A stretch of DNA of 64,000 nucleotides from Sphyrna mokarran (Eukaryota), in NCBI GenBank assembly GCA_024679065.1, contig JAGIQG010000043.1, forward strand, positions 2,108,001 through 2,172,000, read 5' to 3'. The notes under the pieces were generated by a model. The model made no database searches. It was not told where the DNA came from and saw only the letters and a list, made by a program, of their open reading frames with translations. Positions 23,001 through 34,876 of the stretch are shown here, one piece after another (position 1 is the stretch's first letter; each line of letters begins with the position of its first letter). The position numbers and the translations under genes are program-made.

Positions 23001-25699
23001 AATTTAATTCCACATTTTCCGAATTCTATTGAATATCCCAAACGGGTAGAGGTGAGAACATCGGAGTGGCAGCGCAGGCTCGTTGGACCGAAGGGCCTGT
23101 TTCCCGTGTTGTTTTGCTTTTTGTTCTTTGATTTGTCTGCATATGTCGAAGGATGTGACCACCGGCGGACTGTGTCCGGTTTAACAATTCAAATGGTGTA
23201 TCTTCTCTTAAATGACATTCTGATTTAAATATTAATGGCATGGTTTTTCATGTGAAATATTTCATGACCAACATTCATCCCAATTTGCCTATGATTCACC
23301 TACCGGTTTCATGTTCCATGCTGAACAACTGAACTGATTTGAGGCTGATTTGACTCCTACACATGTGCATCAGCGGGGGTGAACAACCAGACACTTAAAA
23401 CGCTTTTCTTCATTGAACAAAGACCGATATGAAGACAAGAAGGAGTCTAGAAGTTAATTGGATTATCTAAGATTTCCAAACGGATCCACTGCAGTCACGG
23501 ACAGGAACTAAACGGTCAATCTAAATATCAAAGAATCTCAACAAACAACTAAACAATGTTAAGATAATGGGTTATTATTAGTAATATTGATAATAATAAT
23601 TTTAGAAAGACATGATTGATTTCAATATGTTTGGTACTTTCCACGGACGGGCGAGTTTGAGAATCCCTGGGACCTTACATAAACACTGGATGGCTTGTGG
23701 GAATATGACTGGATTTATTTTAGAGATTAAGTTGCTATAGGATCTGCACCCTAAAGGTATGTTTATTTATGAGTCTAACCAGGGAAGAATCTTTGCTGGA
23801 AAATATTCTGTAAAATTAACGTTCATGGTGTAATGTAATCTGTGTGTAACTTTTGTATCATTTCTAATAAATGGATAACTTTAACATTTAAAAGCATCAG
23901 TCTTGTTGTGGAATTTCTAGCACCTGATCTTGTACATCTACCTTCTTGTAGAAAGGGACAAGTAAAAGACGGATGCAATGATGTGATTTATTATTGTCAC
24001 ATATATTAGGATGCAGTGAAATATATTATTTTTTGCGCACCATACAGACAAAACATACCATTCAAAGAGTATGTGGAGGTAAGGAAAATAGAGGGTGCAA
24101 AATACAATGCTGCAGTTACCGAATTTGTGTGGACAAAGTTCAGCTTAATATGTGATAGGACCATTCTAAAATCCGATTGCATCAGGGAAGAAGCTGTCAT
24201 GTCCCGTGCAGAATGTCCAGGATGCGTTGGGTCCTTAGTAATGCTGGCTCCTTTCCTTAGGCAGCGGGAAGTGTGGACAGAGCCAATGGATGGGAGGCTG
24301 GTTTGCATGACGGACTGAGCGACGTTCACGACTCATGATAATTTCTTGCGGTCTTGGAGCAGGACACATAACAAGCTGTGATACATAGAAAATTGATGCT
24401 TTCCATGGATCTTCCATTTTCCATGGAACTTTGATGAGTTCCACAGTGGACATAACGAATTTCCATTGCCTCTTGAACTGTATTTTGCACTTTTGGTGAT
24501 GTCCATTTTGAAATGATGCGATGTGCTTCCAGATATTTTATCAATAAAGTATATTTTTGTAACACACGAAAATAAGGGAACAGCCTCCATGTTGATGAGG
24601 CCCAAGGCACCCAATATGATTGACAGCGTCATCTATTCCATGGCGGTTCTGACTCTGTTTTCTTTGAAGTGCGGAGATCTCTTTCTTGACACTGCATTCC
24701 TGTTTAGAAACGGTTCCTGCCAAGATCATCCCACCTCAGTCCATCAGATTATCAGGGCGCTATTCCAGAATCTGAATCAGCATCATCCCTGCAGTTTATT
24801 TCTCTGTCAAAAGGTACATTGACTCCCACTGCCATTCGTGGCAAAGAACAGAAAATGAGAATTATTTGAAGTAATTGAACATGTCAGAACGCCCCGAAAG
24901 AGGATGCATCCGCTCCATCTCCATTTTATCCATACTTTCATCATGTTATACCCCTGAATTTGATTTCCCCTCATTCTTCTCAGTTCTGGAGAGTATATGC
25001 CTAAACGTTTCAATCTCTCTTTATCCCTTCATCACTGGAATAAGCCTAGTGAATCCCCTCTGAACTGCGTCCAATATCACTACAACAATCTTCAAATAAA
25101 GGAAAGGAAACTGGTCACAATACTCCAGGTGCGGCCTCAACAATGCCTTGTCTAGTTACATCAATACTTCCTTACCATTCTATTCTATTCATTTAGCTGC
25201 AGACTGATTTCTATGTCGTTTTTCATGACAGCACTGATCTCTTTAACCAAATGTTGTGACTGCCTCCTGAAAGAACGGCTGGTTGAGATTCTGGAAATCA
25301 ATGCCTGAAGGAAGAGTACCTTACAACGTTTAAGATGTATTTAGATGCCCACTTGCGATGCACAAGGTATATAAGAAAACGGGCCAAGTTCTGCAAAAGT
25401 TAATAGGATAGTTAGGTGGTTTGTCTCTGTCTGACACAGACACGATGGACTGAAGGGCATTTCCTGTGCAATTTACCTTTATGACTCCATTTGAATGTAT
25501 TCTTTAAGATGGATGCCTGCTGAGAAATATATGCCTCCATCCCACACCCCTTAAATCCCAAATGAAACGAATGCCCTATTCTCCGAGTCATATCCTGGGT
25601 GTAAAATTCCTCCTTCTCTTCGTGAATATCTCAGTATTATCCTCCAATGACTGCGTCCTCAGGCTGTAGTCTGCGGATTGACTGTTAAAGAGCTCACAT

Positions 25700-26080
25700 G
25701 GAACAGAACTGCACAGTACAGGCCCTTCGGCCCTCAGTGTTGTGCCGAGCCATGCCGAATCCCAAGATCAAGCTGTCCCCGCCATGTGCCTATCCAATAA
25801 CGGCTTGAAAGTATCCGACTCCACTATCACAGCAGGCAGTCTATTCCACATCCCAACCACTCTCTTAGTAAAGAACCTATCCCGAACATCCTTCCTGTAT
25901 CTCCCACTATGAATTTTATAGTTATGCCCCTAGTAACAGCTACATCACCAGAGGAAATAGTCTCTGCACTTCCACTCAATCCCCTTCATCATTTTATAAA
26001 CCTCTATTAAGTCGCCTCTCATCCTCCTCCGCTCCAAAGAGGAAAAAGCCCAGCTCTTTCAACCCTTCCTCAAAAGACCT
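25700..26080 (-). mobile_element. CR1 LINE 3' fragment
   Basis: Reverse complement of [17 protein letters not shown]..., with the 3'UTR GGCACAACA..GAGGGCCGAAGGGCCTGTACTGTG. Confidence 0.75.
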
Positions 26081-27297
26081 CACAATGGAGACTGCTATAC
26101 AAAACAAGTGAGTGAGAATTAGAAACTCAATCATCAATAGACATCTGCTCACCTTATAGTCATCATGAAACAGCCAATTGGATTATTTTAACTCAAACAC
26201 TAATTCATTATTAACATTTTTTTCCTGCTTTCACAAAAGGGATGGTTGGCATGGGCGTCTTGTGCTATTTTATCTTGCAAGGGAATGCGACCTCCACTGG
26301 CAAGGTGAATGCGTATCGTCTGCCCTAATTGCTTCCCGAGATGGTTGTGATTTCCTTCTTGAGCCGCTGATTTCCCTGTGGTGTATGTATAGGGAGGTAT
26401 ACAAAATTGTCTCCCAGCGACAGTGAAGGGAGAGTGATCTATTTCCAAATAAGAATGGTGTGAGACTTGGAGGGAAATCTCCAAGTGCTGGTGTTCCCTC
26501 GCGCCTGCTATCCTTGTCCTCCTTGTTAATCGAAGGACAAGTGTAACAGACGGATGAAAATTGTTTTCAATGCGGAAAATTGCTGCAGTGCATCTTGGCC
26601 ATGGTGCTCACGGCTGTCATTTTGCATTGGTGGAAGAGGGAGTGGATGTTTATTGTGTGTGTAGCAATCAGGTCGGGCTGCTTTACCCACCTGACCAATC
26701 CTTCACATTGCCCGTGTCTTTTTGCCTGCTGGAACGGAATGTCTCAGGAGTGAAGGAGTTTTGAATGGATCATAGTTCATCGATATTTAGCCTGTAGGTG
26801 ACAATTAGAAGTGGGAACAATCTTCGATTGATCTGGACTCAGGCGTTAAAAGTACAGAGAGAGGGATGGTTGCTTTTCATGCCGGATTATGATTCAATAG
26901 CCCAGAATGGAATCCTGCCAAGATCAGTTCCATTAAGTTGGACAGGTATTGGAGAAGGGCGGTATTGTCAACCCAGCTGCTGGCTACATGTGGAGAACGA
27001 TGTGGACGGAGAGATTATCGCAGTCACTAAGAAATGATACGTGTTGCTTTGAAATGGATCCTGGCCTGTGAAGGCAGCTGATTGGAGAAAGGCAGAAATG
27101 GAATTGTGGTGAAGTTGAGCGTGGAAACAAAATCTTATAGCATATTGGAGGGCGTCGGAAAGGAAAGGGATGTTGGTGATGGGATGTTAAATTAGAAGGA
27201 CAAAGCTTTTAAGGGTCTAATTCTGGATTGAGGTGAGAACAGCGTATTTGTAATGAGGGACAATTACCAAGGGAGCGATCTGTTTCCAATATAGGCT

Positions 27298-27575
27298 CTG
27301 TAAGAAATCCCAGATCACCTGGTTGAAGCCAAACAAGTTTATTTGGTAGCACAAGCCACGAGCTTTCGGAGCGCTGCTCCTTCATCAGGTAAACGGGAGT
27401 TTTGATCACAAACATGACATATAAAGATACAAATTCCATTTCCAAAATAATGGTTGGAACGCGAGTCTTTACAGGTAATCAAGTCTTAAAGGTACAGAGA
27501 ATGTGAGTGGCGAGAGGGTTAGGCACAGGTTAAACAGATACGTATTGTCTCCAGCAGGACAGTTAGTGAGATTTT
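27298..27575 (-). mobile_element. Penelope-like element terminal fragment carrying a hammerhead-like motif
   Basis: Reverse complement reads CCTGATGAAGGAGCAGCGCTCCGAAAGCTCGTG...CCAAATAAAC.TGTT.GG...AACC.GGTG. Degenerate copy at ~53580-53800 (+). Confidence 0.65.
27361..27388 (-). ncRNA. Minimal hammerhead-ribozyme-like motif
   Basis: CTGATGA-A-[GGAGC agc GCTCC]-GAAA-GCT: both core boxes and a perfect 5-bp stem II. Confidence 0.5.
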
Positions 27576-27934
27576 AGAAGTCTGGTGGTAAATGCGGGGT
27601 AACTTTTAACATTTAAGAGAAACTTGGACGGGTTCATGGTGTGGACGTATATGGTTCAAGTGCAGGTCAGTGAAACTAGGCAAAAAATGGTTCGGCACAG
27701 ACAAGAAGGGCCAAAAGGCCTGTTTCTGAGCTGTAAATTTTCTATGCTTTATATGCTTTCTAAGCCCAGACAAGTTGTGGGAATTATAAATGATGCAGGC
27801 TCAATTTTGTATGAAACTGTCTTCCCACTAACAGATCCGCTGGAGCAACACTTGTTGCTGTGTCCCTTGTTCACCCGCAATCAAGCATAAAACGTGCCAT
27901 CCGGTTTCCTCAGTATGCCACCAGTTGCTTTGTC

Positions 27935-28925
27935 AAAGAACAAAGAACAAAACAGCCCAACGAGCCGCGCCGCCACCCCGATGTTCCCATCTCTTCCCGC
28001 GATCCCTGTCCATGTTTATAGATCAGTGGATTTAAAAACCAAATTTGAGACAATTTAGGGAGAATTTATTTTGCCAATTAGCCTGAGAGCACATCTTTGG
28101 GATGGGGAGGAAACCAGAGCACCCGGAGAAAACCCACGCAAACACGGGGAGAATGCGCAAACTCCCACAGACACAGGGCCAAATCCATGTACCTGCACAG
28201 CACAGCGATAATCACTGAGCTGTCGTGTTGCCCATCAGAAGGTCCAGGTCAAGCGTACATGAACAACGTGAAACAGTAGGATACTCTCGAAAAAGATCCA
28301 AGAGCAGTCCTCTCACGACCCATTGCGTGTACGCCCCTCGTTAGACAACAAGGTGGACCAAAGCACCTGTAGAATAAAAACAAATAGATCAATATCATCA
28401 TCTATTTACTCACTTCCCAGGGACTCCCAAGGCTCATGATCCCTATTTTAAATCAGTTTTCTGTACCCCTCCATTCCTACTCTGTTCATGTGCCCATCTA
28501 AGTATTTCTTAAATAACTCCAGACTACCTGCCTCCACCACTTTACTTGGCAGCGCCTTCCATGCCCCTACCACCCTCTTTGTGAATAAACTCCCTCGAGT
28601 ATCCATATTATATCTTACCCTCCTCACTCTAAGATCGTGACCCCTCGTGCTATTTGAGTCCATCCCAGGAAAAAGCTTAACCCTGTTTACTCTATCAATC
28701 CCCTTCAAAATCTTGTACACCTCTATCAGATCTCCTCTAAGTCCACGTCTTTCTAAGAAAACAGTCCCAATTTGCCTAATCTCTCCTCATAACTCAGACC
28801 TTCCTAGGCAGCATCCTGGTAAACCTCCTCTGCACTCTCTCCAGAGTCTCCACGTCCTTCCGGTAGTAAGGCGACCAGAACTGGACGCAGTTTTCCAAAT
28901 AAGGTCTAACCAACATTTTATACAA
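27935..28925 (-). mobile_element. 5'-truncated CR1 LINE with long 3'UTR
   Basis: ORF2 C-terminus (..YLDGHMNRVGMEGYRKLI*), ~500-bp 3'UTR and (GTTCTTT)n tail; same family as 34877-39480 and 52815-53465. Confidence 0.88.
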
Positions 28926-29119
28926 TCATTGAAGTCTTGAACCATACGTTGCACCAGCCTTTGTGCGAAAAGTGATCATGAGCTGCTAAAATATTTTCGT
29001 AATCTTTGGAGAGCATGCATTGCTAGGAATCATTGCTAGCCGTTTGTGGGAACCACCATCCTAGTATTCCATATACACTGGCACCTTGACATTACATCTA
29101 GATCACTGCCTGGGAAATA

Positions 29120-30454
29120 GTGTAGTCCTCTCGGGGCATCTGCAACCCTTTGGACAGGAGTGTATCATGATTAAACCCAAGGAGCTCATAAATGTCCACA
29201 GGTACTCATGGCCCTTCCAGAGTACTCGCAGATGTGAAGGAAAGCTAAGGGAAGGCGTATTTGATTTTCTTGCTACCGACCACCAATTGTGATAACAACA
29301 TCAGGAAGATATACCGGACGTATAACTTCAAACCAGCATGTCATTTCAAATAATCTCAGGGGGACCCTTATTTCGTTGCGTTAATTTGGAGGCCGTGCTG
29401 GGGGCGGAAAAATAATCGCACGCCCGAGGAGTGACCCCGTCCTCAGCACGAAGTAAGCTTCGTTAATGGTGTACGTTTTCATTTCTTCAGAGGGTGGTTT
29501 TTCAGATCCGCCGTGCAGGATCACTGACTAATTTTAGATAAGATAGAATCATTAGAGGCATCAATTTGTACTCGTACCACTGGAAAGCTCCCCAAACTAT
29601 TTAGAGTCCTCATTGTCCCCTTCCAATGCTGGTAAGCGAGCCAGGCTTGTGGCAACCAGAGATGTTACAATGGCGGTGCAGGCTTGTTGGGTGTTTCCCG
29701 TGCGGTATTCTTCTTTGTTCTTTGCAACACCTATTAGGCCTCTACAAGCGGATAACGTAATTCCACACTCCTTCTCCACCGACCACCAGTCTCACCTCCC
29801 TTTCTCCCCAGAGTCTCTGTCCTGATATAGCTCTACTTTATTGTCAGCCTACAAATATCATCAGGAACAGTGACGTGGAATCCAGATAGTTAATGCTGAC
29901 GCATTGTAACATCTCTGGTTGCCACAAGCCTGGCTCACTTACCAGCATTGGAAGGGGACAATGAGGACTCTAAATAGTTTGGGGAGCTTTCCAGTGGTAC
30001 GAGTACAAATTGACGCCTCTAATGATTCTATCTTATCTAAAATTAGTCAGTGATCCTGCACGGCGGATCTGAAAAACCACCCTCTGAAGAAATGAAAACG
30101 TACACCATTAACGAAGCTTACTTCGTGCTGAGGACGGGGTCACTCCTCGGGCGTGCGATTATTTTTCCGCCCCCAGCACGGCCTCCAAATTAACGCAACG
30201 AAATAAGGGTCCCCCTGAGATTATTTGAAATGACATGCTGGTTTGAAGTTATACGTCCGGTATATCTTCCTGATGTTGTTATCACAATTGGTGGTCGGTA
30301 GCAAGAAAATCAAATACGCCTTCCCTTAGCTTTCCTTCACATCTGCGAGTACTCTGGAAGGGCCATGAGTACCTGTGGACATTTATGAGCTCCTTGGGTT
30401 TAATCATGATACACTCCTGTCCAAAGGGTTGCAGATGCCCCGAGAGGACTACAC
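29120..30454. repeat. Near-perfect inverted repeat: 553-bp arms (29120-29672 / 29902-30454), 229-bp spacer
   Basis: The arms are reverse complements with about 2 mismatches by eye. Confidence 0.95.
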
Positions 30455-30984
30455 AACTTTAACGTTGTGAGTGCCTTCGTCTACCTAAACCTATGTCTAC
30501 GCCTACTGGAGAAGATTGAGGGAAGACTAATTTAGGGACAATTTGATAACACCAATAGTGTTTATGTTTGGTAGCTAATTAAATAAATCATCTGAAACTT
30601 TTGATTGAAGCTCAGGACACCAAATTCAGCCCCAGCTCTGACAAATGGTTACCCAGAACCGTCAGCTCAGAAACGTTATTCGTATTCTCCCTCCACTGAT
30701 GCTGTCAGACCTGCTGAGATGTTCCAGAATTTCCTGCTTCTATTTCAGATTACAGCACTAAATTGCTTTCAGCCAATTTATTAGAACCGGCTTCACAATT
30801 CTCCTCGAGCCCCCGGAATCTGTAGTGTTGGTTTATTTTCCCAACACCTTTTGAAAATTCATTCTGTTGGCTATTTATAGCTGAAATCACAACCGCAGCC
30901 ATTTGCCCAACTGTAGAATTACTAATTTGCTCAGTCTGCTCAGATGCAGACGTGGGGAGTCATGGTCACAAAGCCCTATCATTG

Positions 30985-32070
30985 CAGATGTCACCATTGC
31001 AGATGTGAGATCAGCCTTCTCGAAGGTGAATCTACTGAAAGAGATGGACCAGGACGGGGTACCAGGATAAGCACTTAGGTCCTATGCCGGTCAGTGGCGG
31101 GAACATTCGCAGACACCTTGAGTCTCCCTTTCCAACAGCCTGAGATCCCTATCTGTTTCAAGAAGACAATCACCAACCCACCACCAAAGCGTGCCTTAAT
31201 AGCTATCGTCAGGTGGCTCTGACATCCATCACTATGAAGATCTTTGAAAGGCTAGTCATGACATAATCAATTCCAGCTTCCTAGTCTGCCTGGATCCACG
31301 ACCGTTTGCCTACAGTCGCAAGAGATCACAGAAGCCTGGCCCTGTACTCAACTCTGGAACACCGAGGCAACAAAGGCACAGATAGCAGACTCCTTTTCAT
31401 TGACTACCGCTCAGCCTCAACAGCATTATTCCTACCGAGCGCATCTCCAAGCTCAATGGCCTGGGCCACGGTCTCTCCCTCTGCGACTGGATCCTAAACT
31501 TCCTAACCCATAGAGCACAGTCAGTAAGAATAGGCAAAAACACTTGCTCTTATGTTGCTCAGCACCAGTGCGCCCCGAGACTGTGTTCTCAGCCCCCTAC
31601 TATACTCCTTATGCATCTATGACTATGAGGCCCACTCCAACTCCATTTTCAAGTTTATTGATGACATTACGGTCATGAGTCATATCTCAAACAATGATGA
31701 GACTGAATACAGGAATGAGATAGAGAATCTCGTGGACTGATGCGGCAATAATTATCTCTCCCTCACGGTCAACAAAACGAAGAAGATTGTCATTGACTTC
31801 AGGAAGTGTAGCAGAGAACATACCCCAGTCTATATCAGTGGGGACGAATTTAAACGAGTCAAGACCATTCCTGACATAGCTTTTCTGCTACCATCAGACT
31901 TTGAATGGACCAACCTTGCATTCAGTTGATCTTTCTCAACACCCCAGCTCTGACTGTATCACTGCAATCTCGCCCTCTCCTTTCTTTCTCTAGTGCTTTG
32001 CCTGTGGAGCGCATTTGAAACAATAACTTTCACTGTATACTCATACATGCGACAATAATAAATCCAATCA
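30985..32070 (+). mobile_element. Degenerate Rex1/Babar-type LINE (RT and 3' end)
   Basis: Remnants LTSI.MK.FERLV, LDP..FAY, LLFIDY.SA, LCDWIL.FLT.R.QSVRIG, ST.AP..CVLSPLLYSL, KF.DD and NKTK; many frameshifts. Confidence 0.85.
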
Positions 32071-32099
32071 ACACGTAGACCCGCACATAGCCAGAATCG

Positions 32100-32940
32100 C
32101 TCTGCCTCTCTCACGCATACACAGGCGCACACACAGCCAAAATCTCTGTGCCTTCCTCGCATGCACACGCAAAGACGCACACACAAGCAGAACTTCTCTC
32201 GCCACTGGCACAGCCTGGACTTTTCTCCGTCTCTCCATCACACACATATACGTGCAAACACAAAGCACACACATCTTTACCAATCTGTTGGATAATATCA
32301 GAATGACACAACCAAGCATACGCGCGCGCATACACACACATAAACACACCCACACACTCATACACACACACACATACACAAACGCACACAAACGCATACA
32401 AACAGTCACATAGACATGATTTTTGTCGTTCTCGCCCTCTCCCTAGCACACAAACATACTTTTATCAATCTACCCTTTGCTTAATATTGTCAGAATCACA
32501 CACCCTCGCAGACAAACAAACAGCCACAATTTATCTGTCTGTCTGTCTGTCTCTCTCTCACACAGACACATGTACACACAAAGAAATACACATGCCTTTA
32601 CCAATCTACCCTCTGCTGGATAATGTCTGAATAACACGCGCACCCCTCACCCCCACACACATAGAACCACACACACACACACACACGCACACAAAACATA
32701 CACACACACACACACACACACAAAACATGTACTAATCCACCCTTTCTTGATAATGTCAGAATTATGTAACCACGCAGACACACAGATAGCCAGAATTCCA
32801 CTCAATCTCTCTCTCTCTTTCTCTTTCCCTCTCGCACACACAAGGACACACACCTTAACCAATCTACCCTCTGCTGGGTAACGTCATAATCACACACACA
32901 CACACAGACACAAACACATACACACACACACACACCTTTA
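32100..32940. repeat. CA-rich microsatellite/compound tandem repeat
   Basis: (CA)n tracts interspersed with a repeated TTTACCAATCTACCCTCTGCTGGATAATGTCAGAAT unit. Confidence 0.85.
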
Positions 32941-33649
32941 ACATTCTTCCCATTACTGGATGATGTCAGAAACATTTGCAGGTCCAGAATCTCTGCTGGG
33001 GACTGTCAGAATTTCATTGGACGCGATATTACCGGAAACAACTTTGCTTAAGGTTATTTCGTTGTGTGTTGAGCGTATCACACATCACAGTAAAAATAAG
33101 ATTTCAGTCACCGCCAGCAGTGGTTCCATTCTTACAGGATCCATTTGTCATTCGCCTCCCTCTGATTAGCAGCTTTTGCAATACAGCAACACCCACCGCT
33201 AAGTAAAGAGTCCGGTGATGCAACCCCGTCCTAGACCTGTAAAACATTTCATATTAGGGAAATATATAGATATGGAAATTAGATTCGTATCAGTTTATTC
33301 ATTCTGTATCAAACACGAATCTGCTTCCACTGGAGATGAGTATTATCAAGAAAATAATTAAAATTGTATTAAATAAGATTAGCTTCCAAATCAAAATATC
33401 CAGTCAGAAAACGGGACTATTTGGCTGTTAGGCAGGACCAATCAATCCAAGTAGACAGTTCTTCTGTAAATCTGTCACTCTCTGCCGTCTCTTCCTTCAA
33501 AGAAATGAAAACTAGTTTTCTGGCTCCCCTAGTGGTGAGCAAATAATTTGTTCTGTATCGGATATTACTAAAAGAAAAATTCTTGCGGGTTAGAAGGGTC
33601 AAGCTCACTTCTTGTTGTTTTGAATAACAGCATCTCCTCATGACGCAGA

Positions 33650-33707
33650 CAACCACACACATACAAATTCATACACTTACACATGCATTCTCTCAGTGAC
33701 ATACACA

Positions 33708-33751
<44 letters not shown>

Positions 33752-34210
33752 CATACTGACAAGAAAATATAAGATTAGCGAGGCGTCAGTGTCGGCACAC
33801 GCTTGGTGGGCCGAAGGGCTTGTTTCTGTACTGTATTATTTTTTTTTCTTTGTCACACTCATGCACACAAATACACTGATACACACATGTTCACACACAC
33901 ACATAAATATACACTCACACACTGTTAAACATACAGACGCACAGTCATACACACTCATGCACACAAACACACTCACAAACACGCCACATTCTGACGCACA
34001 CACAAACACTCATACATTTACACACACTCATGCACACACTTACAGACACTCAGACAAAAACAGACATACACTTGCGCATATACACCCAGACAAATTCATT
34101 CACTTACACGCACTCACACTTACATATAAAGCTGATTCAATGGCACACACACTTACTGACACTTTCTCACACATAAACACACTCTCTCATATACTGGCAC
34201 ACACACGAAT
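33650..34210. repeat. (CA)n-rich low-complexity region
   Basis: Perfect and degenerate CA repeats; explains the His/Thr-rich spurious ORFs. Confidence 0.9.
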
Positions 34211-34876
34211 ACTTAATATCTGCCAAATGTCACGTGGAATCCCTCAGTTTATTAATTGAGGTATTTAGTCTTAAACCATTCACGTTTGAGTAAGCAGATA
34301 TGAAACATTTCTTGCATGTATTTCCCCCATTCCCTTCAGCTCCAAACACCAATCTTCGGGAATGGTATTAGCGTTTTCGGAAAATTCCCGAGCATGTTAG
34401 AGGAGAGTAATGCCAGTCAAAGTAGAGTGTTTGGGGAAATCAATATTGAATTGACATTGTTCTCCTGAGAACAGAGAAACTTGGGTGAAGATATGGAAGA
34501 GATCTGAAACACCATGGAAGCGGCGTCTGAGGGAGGGAATCTTTAATCGTAAAATACCCAGCATAAGAATAACGAGCAGGTAATACTTTAATATAAGTTT
34601 TAAGGATGAAATGGGCATTTAAATAATGCAGTAATGATAGTTTCAAAATGAGTGGCTAATAAGCCTGCTAGTATTAAATTGTATAACTCAAGGATTGATT
34701 GTGTCAGTAAGTTAGCTAAAACAAATTTAACCAGAATGATAGGCAGTGGGATAGCTTGATCTTGATTTTGGACACCACTCGACACAACATCGAAGGGCCG
34801 AAGGGCCTGTACTATGCTGTACTGTTCTATGGTCTACGTAACTTAAACTTGGAATGATTATGAAAGCGGGCAATGA

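Noticed and set aside
33100-33520. Possible minus-strand exons (e.g. ...HRTLYLAVGVAVLQKLLI... after the acceptor at ~33237)
   Set aside because: No consistent phase or donor chain and no Ig-domain exons nearby; cannot be supported.
33696-34259. 187-aa His/Thr-rich ORF and neighbouring Cys/Val-rich ORFs (31959-32862, 15565-15928)
   Set aside because: Translations of (CA)n/(TG)n microsatellites or N runs.
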